NCBI GenBank assembly: GCA_045545475.1
Contig: JAZQAZ010000034.1
Location: 41,713 to 105,712, forward strand
Reading direction: 5' to 3'
Length of the DNA: 64,000 nucleotides
Source of the DNA: Clostridia bacterium
Lineage (GTDB): Bacteria > Bacillota > Clostridia > CAKSNL01 > HGM11501
Below the pieces are notes generated by a model, which ran no database searches, was not told the DNA's origin, and saw only the letters and a list, made by a program, of their open reading frames with translations. A program made the position numbers and the translations under genes. Positions 8,898-17,735 of this stretch are shown here, piece by piece (position 1 is the stretch's first letter; every line of letters begins with the position of its first letter).

Positions 8898-10001
8898 ATG
8901 ATTAAAGCTGTAATTATTGGTTGTGCACATATGCACGTTAACGAAATTGCCTTATATATAACCGAGGCGGAGGGGATAAATCTGGTTGCCGCCGCCGACC
9001 TTGTGCCGGATACCGCAGAAATCGTAAAGGCGAGATACACAAGGGACTGGAATAAGGAAAACATTAAAAATAACTATTGTGACAACATTTACGACGACTA
9101 TATTAAAATGCTTGATACTGAAAAGCCTGACTGGGCGTTTATCTTAACGGAGAACAAAAACAAGCCTGCCGTGGTGGAAGAGTGTGCAAAAAGGGGAATT
9201 AACGTAAGCATCGAAAAGCCCATTGCCGTAAGCTATGAAGAGGCATTAAAAATCGAAGAATCCGTTAATAAGTACGACATCGAGGCAATTGTAAACTGGC
9301 CCGTAATCTGGCGCCCCTATATGTATGAAATGATAAATGCATATAGACTCGGTCTGGTGGGAGACCTTAAAAAGCTTTACTACATAAACGGTCACACAGG
9401 CCCCCTTGGTGCAGGTGCAAAGCACAGAGGCGTTTCCGACACCGCCGAGGAAATGACGGACGAGGCAAGAAGCAAAACCTGGTGGTATCAGAAGAATCAG
9501 GGCGGCGGTGCCATCCTTGACATTCTGTGCTACGGTGCAATGTATTCTGCACTATTACAGGAAGGCGATGCAAAAAGCGTTTATGCCTATTCCGACAACT
9601 TAAATACGCCCTACTCCGATGCGGAGGACAACGTGAGTGCGGTAATCAAATACGATAACACCTACACCGTTGCCGAGGGAACATGGACAATTCCTCAGCT
9701 TGTTCTTCCTGGCGGCCCCGTACTTATGTGCGAAAAGGGTGCAATTTACACTAAAAAGGAAGACGGTGTATGCACCGTTCTCGCTGTTGATATGTACGGA
9801 AATCCCTTGGAAATTCCCAAATGCGAATTTCCAAAGTATATGAAAAACATTGCAGAGCATCTTACTTATGTAAAGAAAACGGGTTCGCCCCTTACAAAGG
9901 AAGTAACCCTTTCACAGAATATGAAGGTTATGGCAATTTTAGATGCGGCGAAAAAATCCACCGAATCGGGATGCGAGGAAAAGGTAGTATGCAGACCGTA
10001 A
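8898..10001 (+). CDS. Gfo/Idh/MocA family oxidoreductase
   Basis: VIIGCAHMH Rossmann start, EKP motif, GGGAILD; AGGAGG RBS before ATG 8898. Confidence 0.9.
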   Translation: MIKAVIIGCAHMHVNEIALYITEAEGINLVAAADLVPDTAEIVKARYTRDWNKENIKNNYCDNIYDDYIKMLDTEKPDWAFILTENKNKPAVVEECAKRGINVSIEKPIAVSYEEALKIEESVNKYDIEAIVNWPVIWRPYMYEMINAYRLGLVGDLKKLYYINGHTGPLGAGAKHRGVSDTAEEMTDEARSKTWWYQKNQGGGAILDILCYGAMYSALLQEGDAKSVYAYSDNLNTPYSDAEDNVSAVIKYDNTYTVAEGTWTIPQLVLPGGPVLMCEKGAIYTKKEDGVCTVLAVDMYGNPLEIPKCEFPKYMKNIAEHLTYVKKTGSPLTKEVTLSQNMKVMAILDAAKKSTESGCEEKVVCRP

Positions 10002-10768
10002 AAGGAATCGTCGCTGACATTCAGCGCTCATCCATCCACGACGGGCCGGGGATAAGAACCACCGTGTTCTTAAAGGGCTGTCCCTTAAACTGCAGTTGGT
10101 GTCACAACCCCGAATGTATAAAAAAAGAGCCCGAAACCCTTTTCTATCCCGAAAAGTGCATCGGCTGTAATATGTGCGATAAGGGTTGTTTTTCCGGGGC
10201 AAAAGTCATTTGCGGAAAGGAAATGACTTCTTACGAGGTTTTAGCCGAGGTTATGCTTGATAAGGCATATTATAAAAACGATGGCGGCGTCACTTTCTCG
10301 GGGGGCGAGCCTATGCTGCAAAAGGAATTTGTGGCGCACCTTTCCGACCTTTGTCACGAAAACGGAATCAACACAGCCATTGAAACATCAATGTATATTT
10401 TCGACAGCGACGTTTTATCGAAAATGGACTACATAATGTGCGACGTTAAAATATGGGATGACGAAAAGCACAAAAAATACACCGGCGTGTCGGGCGAAAA
10501 AATAAGGGAAAACATTAAAAAAGCGGATAAGCTTGGTATCCCGATTTTAATAAGAACGCCCATAATACCGGGAATTAATGACACGGTTGATGAAATTAAA
10601 AACATAAAAAGCTTCGTTATGTCCCTTGAAAATGCGGCAGGTTATGAGCTTTTGCCCTATCATCCGCTGGGAGACGGGAAGAGGGCGGCGTTGGGACTTA
10701 TCGCACCCGAATTTAACATTCCCGAAAAAGAAAAAATGGAGGAATTAAAAAGCTATGCTCACATATAA
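9989..10768 (+). CDS. Glycyl-radical enzyme activating enzyme (radical SAM)
   Basis: HDGPGIRTTVFLKGCPLNCSWCHNPE; short Cys-rich insert CIGCNMCDKGC; GGVTFSGGEP; LLPYHPLG. Confidence 0.93.
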   Translation: MQTVKGIVADIQRSSIHDGPGIRTTVFLKGCPLNCSWCHNPECIKKEPETLFYPEKCIGCNMCDKGCFSGAKVICGKEMTSYEVLAEVMLDKAYYKNDGGVTFSGGEPMLQKEFVAHLSDLCHENGINTAIETSMYIFDSDVLSKMDYIMCDVKIWDDEKHKKYTGVSGEKIRENIKKADKLGIPILIRTPIIPGINDTVDEIKNIKSFVMSLENAAGYELLPYHPLGDGKRAALGLIAPEFNIPEKEKMEELKSYAHI

Positions 10769-12971
10769 AGACAGACTTTCAAGTATGAGGGAAACAAAAA
10801 TCCGTCATACTCTCTTAAAAAGAAAGCAAAACGGCTTTACCGATTTAGACGATTTCGGCACAGTGCCCATTTCCGAGGGCTATGCCGTAACACCCTGGTA
10901 CAACAGCGAAAACGGAAGCTTTTACGGACTTGACGGAATGTGTGAAAACTTCTGCCGTGTACTTGATGCCCACGAGCCATATGTTGACCCCATGGAAATG
11001 CTTTGCGGTCGCTGGAGAGATATGCTTGTAAACTACAGAGGCGACCTTCACTATATGCCCGACTGGCTTAAGAACAACCTTAAAAATCTTGAGTTTATCA
11101 AAAACGGTGCCACAAATCAGTGGAGTAAGCGTTGGGACGAACAGCGTTTTCCCTATGACCACTTAAAGCCCTGGCAGGAAAAGTACAACATCACCACCGG
11201 CATTGACGGGGATGCCCACTTTGCCTGCGACTATAAAATCGGCTTTGAGCTTGGCTTTGGCGGTTTCCTTGACAAAATTAAAAAATACCGCGAAATAAAT
11301 CCCGATAAAAAGGCGTTTTACGATGCGGAAGAGCGATGCGTTCTTGCGATAGTTGCCTTTATCGACCGCCATATTGCAAAAATCGGAGAGATGATAAAAA
11401 CGGAAAACCGCTCCGAAATAAAGGAAAATCTTGAAACGATGAAAAAGGTCTGTGAAAATATTCGCCTGGGTGCACCGCAAACCTTCCACGAGGCTTGTCA
11501 ATGGACGGCGTTTTTCAACTGCGCATCCCGAATTTACACCCGTGACGGTGCAGGCTTTCAGCTTGACGGGCTTTTATATCCCTTCTACGAAAAGGACGTA
11601 AAGGACGGAATAATAGACGATGAAACAGCAAAATTCTTAATTGCAAACCTTCTTTTAATTGATCCCCATTACTATCAGATTTCGGGCGTTGACGAAAATG
11701 ATTGCGATATGACAAATAAGCTTTCCTACCTTATTCTTGACGCGGCAGATTCCATAAACATCGCCTGCAACTTAACCGTAAGGGTGCATCCTGCCTGCGA
11801 TAAGGAGTTTCTTAAGAAAGCGGTTTCCTGCCTTCTTAAAAATAAAAACGGATGGCCCAGATTCTGTAACGATAAAGCTCTTTGCGAGGGCTATATGAGA
11901 AACGGCGTGGACAAGAAAACCGCCCGTGAAAGAATTGCCGTGGGCTGTAACTGGATGTGCGTGCCCGGCAAGGAATTCCCCATGAATGACACGGTAAAAA
12001 TCAACGTGGCAAAGGTTATGGAAGAAGCCTTAAAGGATATGAAATCGGAAAAGGAAAAATCCACCACCCGACTTTTTGAAATTTACAATGAGCATCTTAA
12101 AAAAGCGGTTGAAATCACCGCCGAGGGCATAAATCTTCATATTGACCACGCCCACGACGTAACCCCCGAGCTTATTATGAATTTAATGATGCATAACACT
12201 TTGGAAAAAGGCCTTGATATATCAGAGTGTGCCTCTCTTTACACCGTGGGCATTGACGGAGCGGGCCTTGCTGTGGTTGCCGATTCCTTCGGTGCTATGG
12301 AAAGCCGCATCGAAAAGGAAAAACTTCTTACCTGGGATGAGCTTTACGGGGCACTGGAGAGTAATTTTGCCGATGAGCGAATCCGCCTTATGTTAAATTC
12401 AGCACCCCGCTACTGCGGCGGCGAAACGGTGTCGGATATTTGGGCAAATCGTCTTACAGAGTCCTGGGTTAAAACCGTCAAGGGGCAGAAAATGCCTGAG
12501 GGCAGGTGTTTAGTTCCCGGTTGGTTTTCCTGGAGCAGAACCATTGAATATGGTTCTAAGGTTGGCGCAACCCCCAACGGCAGAAGGGCAGGGGAGCCCA
12601 TTTCCCATGGTGCAAACCCCAATCCCGGCTTCCGTCGTGACGGTGCCGTTACCGCGCAGAGCGAGGGCATCGCAAAAATTCAGTGCGGCTACGGAAACAC
12701 AGCACCGTTGCAGCTTGAGTTTGATCCCAATCTTGCAAATGACGAGGCGGGAATTGACACGGTTACAAGCTTAATTGAAGCACATTTTGAAAACGGCGGA
12801 ACATTAATAAACATCAACATCCTTGATAAGGATAAGCTTCTTGCCGCCAACGAAAACCCCGACCTTTACCCCGACCTGGTTGTAAGAGTAACAGGCTTCA
12901 CCGCATATTTTGCAAGCCTTTCACCACGTTTCCGTCAGCTTGTGGTAGACAGGTTCTTAGAAGGTATGTAA
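10755..12971 (+). CDS. Glycyl radical enzyme (PFL superfamily), substrate unknown
   Basis: C-terminal LVVRVTGFTAYF Gly loop; GATPNGRRAGEPISHG; Cys loop AVGCNW. Confidence 0.9.
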   Translation: MLTYKDRLSSMRETKIRHTLLKRKQNGFTDLDDFGTVPISEGYAVTPWYNSENGSFYGLDGMCENFCRVLDAHEPYVDPMEMLCGRWRDMLVNYRGDLHYMPDWLKNNLKNLEFIKNGATNQWSKRWDEQRFPYDHLKPWQEKYNITTGIDGDAHFACDYKIGFELGFGGFLDKIKKYREINPDKKAFYDAEERCVLAIVAFIDRHIAKIGEMIKTENRSEIKENLETMKKVCENIRLGAPQTFHEACQWTAFFNCASRIYTRDGAGFQLDGLLYPFYEKDVKDGIIDDETAKFLIANLLLIDPHYYQISGVDENDCDMTNKLSYLILDAADSINIACNLTVRVHPACDKEFLKKAVSCLLKNKNGWPRFCNDKALCEGYMRNGVDKKTARERIAVGCNWMCVPGKEFPMNDTVKINVAKVMEEALKDMKSEKEKSTTRLFEIYNEHLKKAVEITAEGINLHIDHAHDVTPELIMNLMMHNTLEKGLDISECASLYTVGIDGAGLAVVADSFGAMESRIEKEKLLTWDELYGALESNFADERIRLMLNSAPRYCGGETVSDIWANRLTESWVKTVKGQKMPEGRCLVPGWFSWSRTIEYGSKVGATPNGRRAGEPISHGANPNPGFRRDGAVTAQSEGIAKIQCGYGNTAPLQLEFDPNLANDEAGIDTVTSLIEAHFENGGTLININILDKDKLLAANENPDLYPDLVVRVTGFTAYFASLSPRFRQLVVDRFLEGM

Positions 12972-12988
12972 TAAGGAGAGGTAAAAAA

Positions 12989-13085
12989 GAGATTCTTCCT
13001 CGGCATAGCCTTCATCAGAATGACATAGGTGTACTATGCTGTCATTCTGATAGAGGGGATTCTGAAAGCCCCGAAGGAAGAATCT
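12989..13085. repeat. REP/MITE-like palindromic element
   Basis: agattcttcct/aggaagaatct outer arms and atcagaatgaca/tgtcattctgat inner arms. Confidence 0.65.
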
Positions 13086-13149
13086 GAAAAAGGAGATGTA
13101 AAAAAAGTCCAGACCGCAAAAAGGCAAATAAATTAGTGGGTTGGGCAAA

Positions 13150-13320
13150 GTTACAAACTCTATGTTGTAAAATAGTGTTGAAAAATCGCATTCCTGCGAT
13201 TTTTCTTCATTTTGAGCCTTTTTGCTACGAACAAACTTCACCCTCAACGTATCTATATACGCCTTCGGGTAACTTTCGAAAAGTCTGTAAACAGACTTTC
13301 TCAATTCAGTTTGTCCGTTC
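13150..13320. repeat. Multi-hairpin REP-like element
   Basis: Hairpins gaaaaatcgca/tgcgatttttc, caccctcaacgtat/atacgccttcgggt and gaaaagtctg/cagactttc. Confidence 0.45.
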
Positions 13321-13345
13321 TGAAGCATTTTTTCCTATCTCCTGA

Positions 13346-13377
13346 AAAAGGGGCTGTAATTATTTTACAGCCCCTTT
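13346..13377. terminator. Intrinsic terminator (bidirectional)
   Basis: aaaggggctgtaa-ttatt-ttacagccccttt. Confidence 0.7.
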
Positions 13378-16210
13378 ATTTTACAAGATATGCACTTATT
13401 TCCTTTACGGTAATTGTACCTGCACCGGTATCTGTTTTGGGTGTAACGGATATTTTCTTAACACAGATTGGTTTTGTGAAAGTGTAAAGGGATGCACCTG
13501 TTGTTATGTCATAGTCGCTGACTCCAACGGACAGTTTATTTCCCTCCGAGTCATATATGTGAACTTCCATTTTCATATATTCATCTGATAAGACTGCCGA
13601 AATGCTTACACCATCTATCACAAGACCTTCTTTGCCGGGAAACTCCACCATAAGAGTTTTGTCATGAAGAAAATCAATGACTTCTGCACTGTCTGTTTCA
13701 TCAAGAACTGCGGCGGCGGGAAGGTAGGAGGTGTCCTTTTCTATCTTATAGGCGGACCACCCTGTTTTGTTTACGAAAGCCTTTTCTCCTGTGGAAGCGT
13801 TAAGTGTTGCTATAGTTTCGTCGTTATTTTTTGCTGTGAAGAGACCGCCTATGGCAATGCCACCAAATACGATAATGGCAATAGAGGCGATGAGAACCAT
13901 GAACTTGAAGTTTTTTCCGGAAACTATTTTATTGAAAACACGTTTAATCGGGGAATAATGCTCGCTTACTATTCCGGATATAACTTTTTTGAATTCCAAA
14001 GTGAGGTCTTTATATTCAGGGTGAAGTACCGATACATTATCAAGCTCTTTTTTCAGCTTTTTTATATTACGGTCATTGGTTAAAAGTGTATTGTGACGAA
14101 TGAAAAATTTACGCAGTGACTCATAAAATGATGTGAGGACGGTAAAGTCTGTTCTGATTCCGGGGATATCCCTTACAATACGCCCGTTTTTGGTCATAGG
14201 TGGAATAAAGAGGTTTGATGATAAAAACCACTCTATGAATTCAAAGGGAGGAATTGATTGCTCCTTATCTATAAATTCCAGAATGCTGTCAAAATCCACC
14301 TGAGCACGGGAATCCTTTGAACCGTAAATATAAAACAAAATTATGTAAACAATGCGTCTCGGAGAGTCCTTCTTTTCCTTTATACAACGGAGAAGTAGGG
14401 CTTTGAGCAAATCTTCTTTAGCTTTACCGTCTGATTGAGAGTCTGCAAAGTTTGCCCTTATGTTTTCAAAACCGAAGGCATCATAGTGAACAAATGACAT
14501 GGCCATATCGTTGGTTAATGCCATTATTTCCTTTGCAGCCATTGCGATTTTGTGTTTGACAGTACATTCTTCGTTGATTGCTTCTCCGTCGGCAAGGGGG
14601 AATTTTTCAATTTTTGCAAGGTTGAGCTCCGAAATATCCAGCGTGGTCATATAGTTTTCAAGAGCATAACGATAAATTACGTTAAAGAGGGAGGCGTTAT
14701 CAGGATGCTTGTCTTTAAGGGCAAGACACTTCTCCTCAAGATACTTAACTGCCTCAAAGCGGTCGCCCGAAGTATCATAAAGTTGCATTGCTCTTTGCTG
14801 TATCATTGATATAATAAGCTCGCTGTCGGCAAGCTGAGGCATTTCGGAAAAAATACTGTCCGCAAATTCCATAACCGAATGAACGGTTTTACGCTGTTCG
14901 ATAAGATAGGTGAAATAGCGTGTTATTAAGCGGTTGCTTTTTGCCATTTTATGCTCTATTAATTTGTTATACAGCTCGCTGCTTCCTCTGGATGAGTCGA
15001 TGTGCATGAAAAGAATTTCATTTTCCGAGGATTTAAGGCAGGAATCTATATCCAGCGTTATAAGGTCATAAAGTTCGTCTTTCTGCTTTTCTGGACAAAG
15101 GTCGTATGTTGAAACCAGTCTTTTGAGAATTTCCGGAGGGATCAGTATTTCCTTGCTTTTAATATAGCGTCTGTAAAGCTTTATAAATTCAGAATAAGAG
15201 GCGAGCAGACCTGGTTTGTCATCAGAACGCAAAAATTCTGCAAAAACTGTTGTAATTCTGCCGAGTCTTTGAGGAAGTGTTTCCTCGTTATCCTTTAAGT
15301 TATATATATAGGCAAGGTCGTTATAAAAACGCAGTGACAGAATTTTTTCTGTGGGAAAAGCACGTTCAGCTTCTCTGGCAAAAGCAAAAAAGTCTGAAAG
15401 TGAGGTGCCTGTGGCAAAGCTTGTTGATACAAAGGAAAGGTATTCCTCAGAAAGAGCTTCCTTTGTGTCAGGAACCTGAGAACGGTTTTTCTTGCTGAAA
15501 TTGAATATATAATCCTTTGAAGCGTCATAGGATTCGATTGAAAATCTTCCGCTGGGCGAGACTTTATCGTCGGGAATAAAGTAGATATTTATTTCGGGGC
15601 GAATCTCTGTTTCTCCGAAAAGAGTGCAAAAGCCGGTTTTGCTTCTCATAAAAAAGGGAAGGTATTCGTAGAGTCCGTACATTATGGCACATATTTTATC
15701 AATGTCTGTTTTTCTGGGAAGAGCAATGAAAATTTTTCTGTTTTGCTCAACAGATGCGAAAACAGCGGCGAGAAGTGCCATGTATTCTGTATGAGACATG
15801 TTAAGGGAGGCAAAAGCTTTTTTCAGGAAAGTGCTGCGTTCTTTTGTAAAAGGAAGTTCCTTTAGCGACGGCAGATATGGGTTTTTTGCATCATCGGGTT
15901 CAGGGAGAGCCAAAATGGCAGCAGGGTCGGAAACAACGGCAGATACATCATCCTGAGGAATGATGTAATTATGGATGCAGGAATAAGGTTCTGTAGCCGA
16001 TTTCATTCCCGTGCCGATTAAAAGACCGCCACCCGATAAAGGAATGAAGCTTTTGTATCCGGGCGAGTCTTTGCCCTCTAGATAAAAGAGATCCAGCATG
16101 GAGTAAAAAGGACGGATTGCATTGTCGATATATTCTTCGGTTAACGTTGTGGATTTTGAAGAAGTTTCAAGTCCAATTCCCGTTTTTATGTAAATTTGCT
16201 GTTCTATCAT
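13376..16210 (-). CDS. 944-aa membrane-anchored protein, N-terminus GAP1-N2-like
   Basis: MIEQQIY..S..L..EYI..LIG..HNYII pattern; long helical middle; one TM near aa 770-795; C-terminal beta-rich external domain; strong RBS. Confidence 0.6.
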   Translation of the reverse strand: MIEQQIYIKTGIGLETSSKSTTLTEEYIDNAIRPFYSMLDLFYLEGKDSPGYKSFIPLSGGGLLIGTGMKSATEPYSCIHNYIIPQDDVSAVVSDPAAILALPEPDDAKNPYLPSLKELPFTKERSTFLKKAFASLNMSHTEYMALLAAVFASVEQNRKIFIALPRKTDIDKICAIMYGLYEYLPFFMRSKTGFCTLFGETEIRPEINIYFIPDDKVSPSGRFSIESYDASKDYIFNFSKKNRSQVPDTKEALSEEYLSFVSTSFATGTSLSDFFAFAREAERAFPTEKILSLRFYNDLAYIYNLKDNEETLPQRLGRITTVFAEFLRSDDKPGLLASYSEFIKLYRRYIKSKEILIPPEILKRLVSTYDLCPEKQKDELYDLITLDIDSCLKSSENEILFMHIDSSRGSSELYNKLIEHKMAKSNRLITRYFTYLIEQRKTVHSVMEFADSIFSEMPQLADSELIISMIQQRAMQLYDTSGDRFEAVKYLEEKCLALKDKHPDNASLFNVIYRYALENYMTTLDISELNLAKIEKFPLADGEAINEECTVKHKIAMAAKEIMALTNDMAMSFVHYDAFGFENIRANFADSQSDGKAKEDLLKALLLRCIKEKKDSPRRIVYIILFYIYGSKDSRAQVDFDSILEFIDKEQSIPPFEFIEWFLSSNLFIPPMTKNGRIVRDIPGIRTDFTVLTSFYESLRKFFIRHNTLLTNDRNIKKLKKELDNVSVLHPEYKDLTLEFKKVISGIVSEHYSPIKRVFNKIVSGKNFKFMVLIASIAIIVFGGIAIGGLFTAKNNDETIATLNASTGEKAFVNKTGWSAYKIEKDTSYLPAAAVLDETDSAEVIDFLHDKTLMVEFPGKEGLVIDGVSISAVLSDEYMKMEVHIYDSEGNKLSVGVSDYDITTGASLYTFTKPICVKKISVTPKTDTGAGTITVKEISAYLVK

Positions 16211-16280
16211 ATCCTTTTCCTCCTTTTTTGAAATTCATAAATATATTCTATCAAAAGTCAGTACATTTTTCAAGTTATTC

Positions 16281-16309
16281 TTGACAAATGAATGAAAATT
16301 TTTTATAAT
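16281..16309 (+). promoter_or_regulatory. Sigma-A promoter of tRNA-Thr
   Basis: TTGACA-17 bp-TATAAT. Confidence 0.85.
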
Positions 16310-16329
16310 ATTAAATGTTGTGAATATAT

Positions 16330-16405
16330 GCTGGTGTGGCTCAGTCGGTAGAGCAATTGATTCGTAATCAATAGATCGTCGGTTCAAGTCCGATCACCAG
16401 CTCCA
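16330..16405 (+). tRNA. tRNA-Thr (anticodon CGT)
   Basis: Acceptor GCTGGTG/CACCAGC, D arm gctc..gagc, anticodon arm attga-ttCGTaa-tcaat, GGTTCAAGTCC T arm, encoded CCA. Confidence 0.97.
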
Positions 16406-16446
16406 AAAAAGAGAGAGCTACGCAAAGCGTGGCTCTCTCTTTTTTG
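16406..16446 (+). terminator. Intrinsic terminator after tRNA
   Basis: agagagagctacgc-aaa-gcgtggctctctct followed by T run. Confidence 0.85.
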
Positions 16447-16455
16447 AATCTTAAT

Positions 16456-16695
16456 GACGGACTTGAAAGGGCGGTCCAAACAAACAGTCCGGCGGACTGT
16501 TTGTCCGCCCGTGGCTTTTCCGCAGAAAAGCAAGTCCGATCACAAATAAAAGTATAGCTGTTTTTTGAATTTGTAATTGGCGGAGCGAACTTGTCTTAGG
16601 CGAAATTACCCGAAGGGAATTTAGCCGGAGGCAACGCTCAAGGTCCGCCGTGAGGTTAAGCGTTGACTGATTATGGGAGCGAACTTGTCTGGCGT
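16456..16695. repeat. tRNA-adjacent structured repeats (REP/MITE-like or att remnant)
   Basis: cggacttgaa antisense to the tRNA T arm; caagtccgatcac (16531-16543) duplicates tRNA 16385-16397; hairpin acaaacagtcc/ggactgtttgt; 15-bp direct repeat ggagcgaacttgtct at 16582 and 16676. Confidence 0.6.
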
Positions 16696-16764
16696 GTTTT
16701 TTTCTATTGAAAAAGACACAATAATATGATAAAATTTATTTATTAATATTTGACGGTGATAAAA

Positions 16765-17679
16765 ATGAAAAAATTACTTGATAAAATACTCAGAGAAACT
16801 TATGATTTAAGAAAAGAAGGAAAGGTTGCTTCCTATATCCCGGAACTAGCTAAGGCAAATATCGACAAAATGGGAATATGCATTGTCAATGCAGAAGGTG
16901 AATATTTTGCCGGGGACTACGATGAAAAATTTACCATGCAGAGCGTGGTAAAACCTGTAATACTTCTTCTGGCTCTTATGGATAGAGGAATGGATGCCGT
17001 CCGTGCATTGGTGGGAGTTGAGGCGACGGGAAAGCCCTTTGATGCCTTTAATTACAGCGACCAGGCACTAAAGGAAGACCACATAAATCCTATGATAAAT
17101 ACGGGTGCAATTGCTCTTTGTACATTGATTTCAGGAGAAAATTATGATGAAAAGTTTAACCGCCTTTTAAATCTTGCAAGAAAAATGGCGGATAATCCGA
17201 ATCTTTCCCTTGATAAAAGCGTGTATCTTTCTGAGAAGGCGACCGGGAATAAAAACAGGGCACTTGCCTACATGCTTAAGGCTTACGGAATGATAGAAGA
17301 TGATGTTGAAAGTGTGGTTGACTGTTATTTCAAGGCCTGCTCTGTTAAGGTGGACTCATCTGACCTTGCAAAAATTGCCTACGTCCTTTCAAATAAGGGA
17401 GTGAATCCTAAAACCGGCGAAAGGCTTTTCAATGAGGAATATGCAAGGTTTGTAAATGCTGTTTTAACAACGTCGGGTATGTACGATGGCTCCGGAGAAT
17501 TTGCTATAAATGTGGGAATTCCGGCAAAAAGCGGTGTCGGCGGCGGAATTATGGGCGTTGTGCCGGGTAAAATGGGAATAGGAATATATTCTCCGGCCCT
17601 TGATAAAAAAGGAAACAGTGTTGCAGGAGTAAAGGCGATGGAGGCCTTGAGCAGACATCTTGACTTAAGTATTTTCTGA
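16765..17679 (+). CDS. glsA: Glutaminase A
   Basis: GKVASYIPELA, FTMQSVVK, NPMINTGA, GMYDGSG, PAKSGVGGGI. Confidence 0.95.
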   Translation: MKKLLDKILRETYDLRKEGKVASYIPELAKANIDKMGICIVNAEGEYFAGDYDEKFTMQSVVKPVILLLALMDRGMDAVRALVGVEATGKPFDAFNYSDQALKEDHINPMINTGAIALCTLISGENYDEKFNRLLNLARKMADNPNLSLDKSVYLSEKATGNKNRALAYMLKAYGMIEDDVESVVDCYFKACSVKVDSSDLAKIAYVLSNKGVNPKTGERLFNEEYARFVNAVLTTSGMYDGSGEFAINVGIPAKSGVGGGIMGVVPGKMGIGIYSPALDKKGNSVAGVKAMEALSRHLDLSIF

Positions 17680-17683
17680 TATC

Positions 17684-17712
17684 TTGACAAAAGGAATAAT
17701 CCGTTATAAAAT
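17684..17712 (+). promoter_or_regulatory. Sigma-A promoter of ilvBN
   Basis: TTGACA-17 bp-TAAAAT. Confidence 0.65.
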
Positions 17713-17735
17713 CAATGATTAAAGGAGGCGTTTTT

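Noticed and set aside
12957-13487. ORFs 12957..13328, 13136..13345 and 13212..13487
   Set aside because: They run through palindromic repeats and terminators and have no protein-like features
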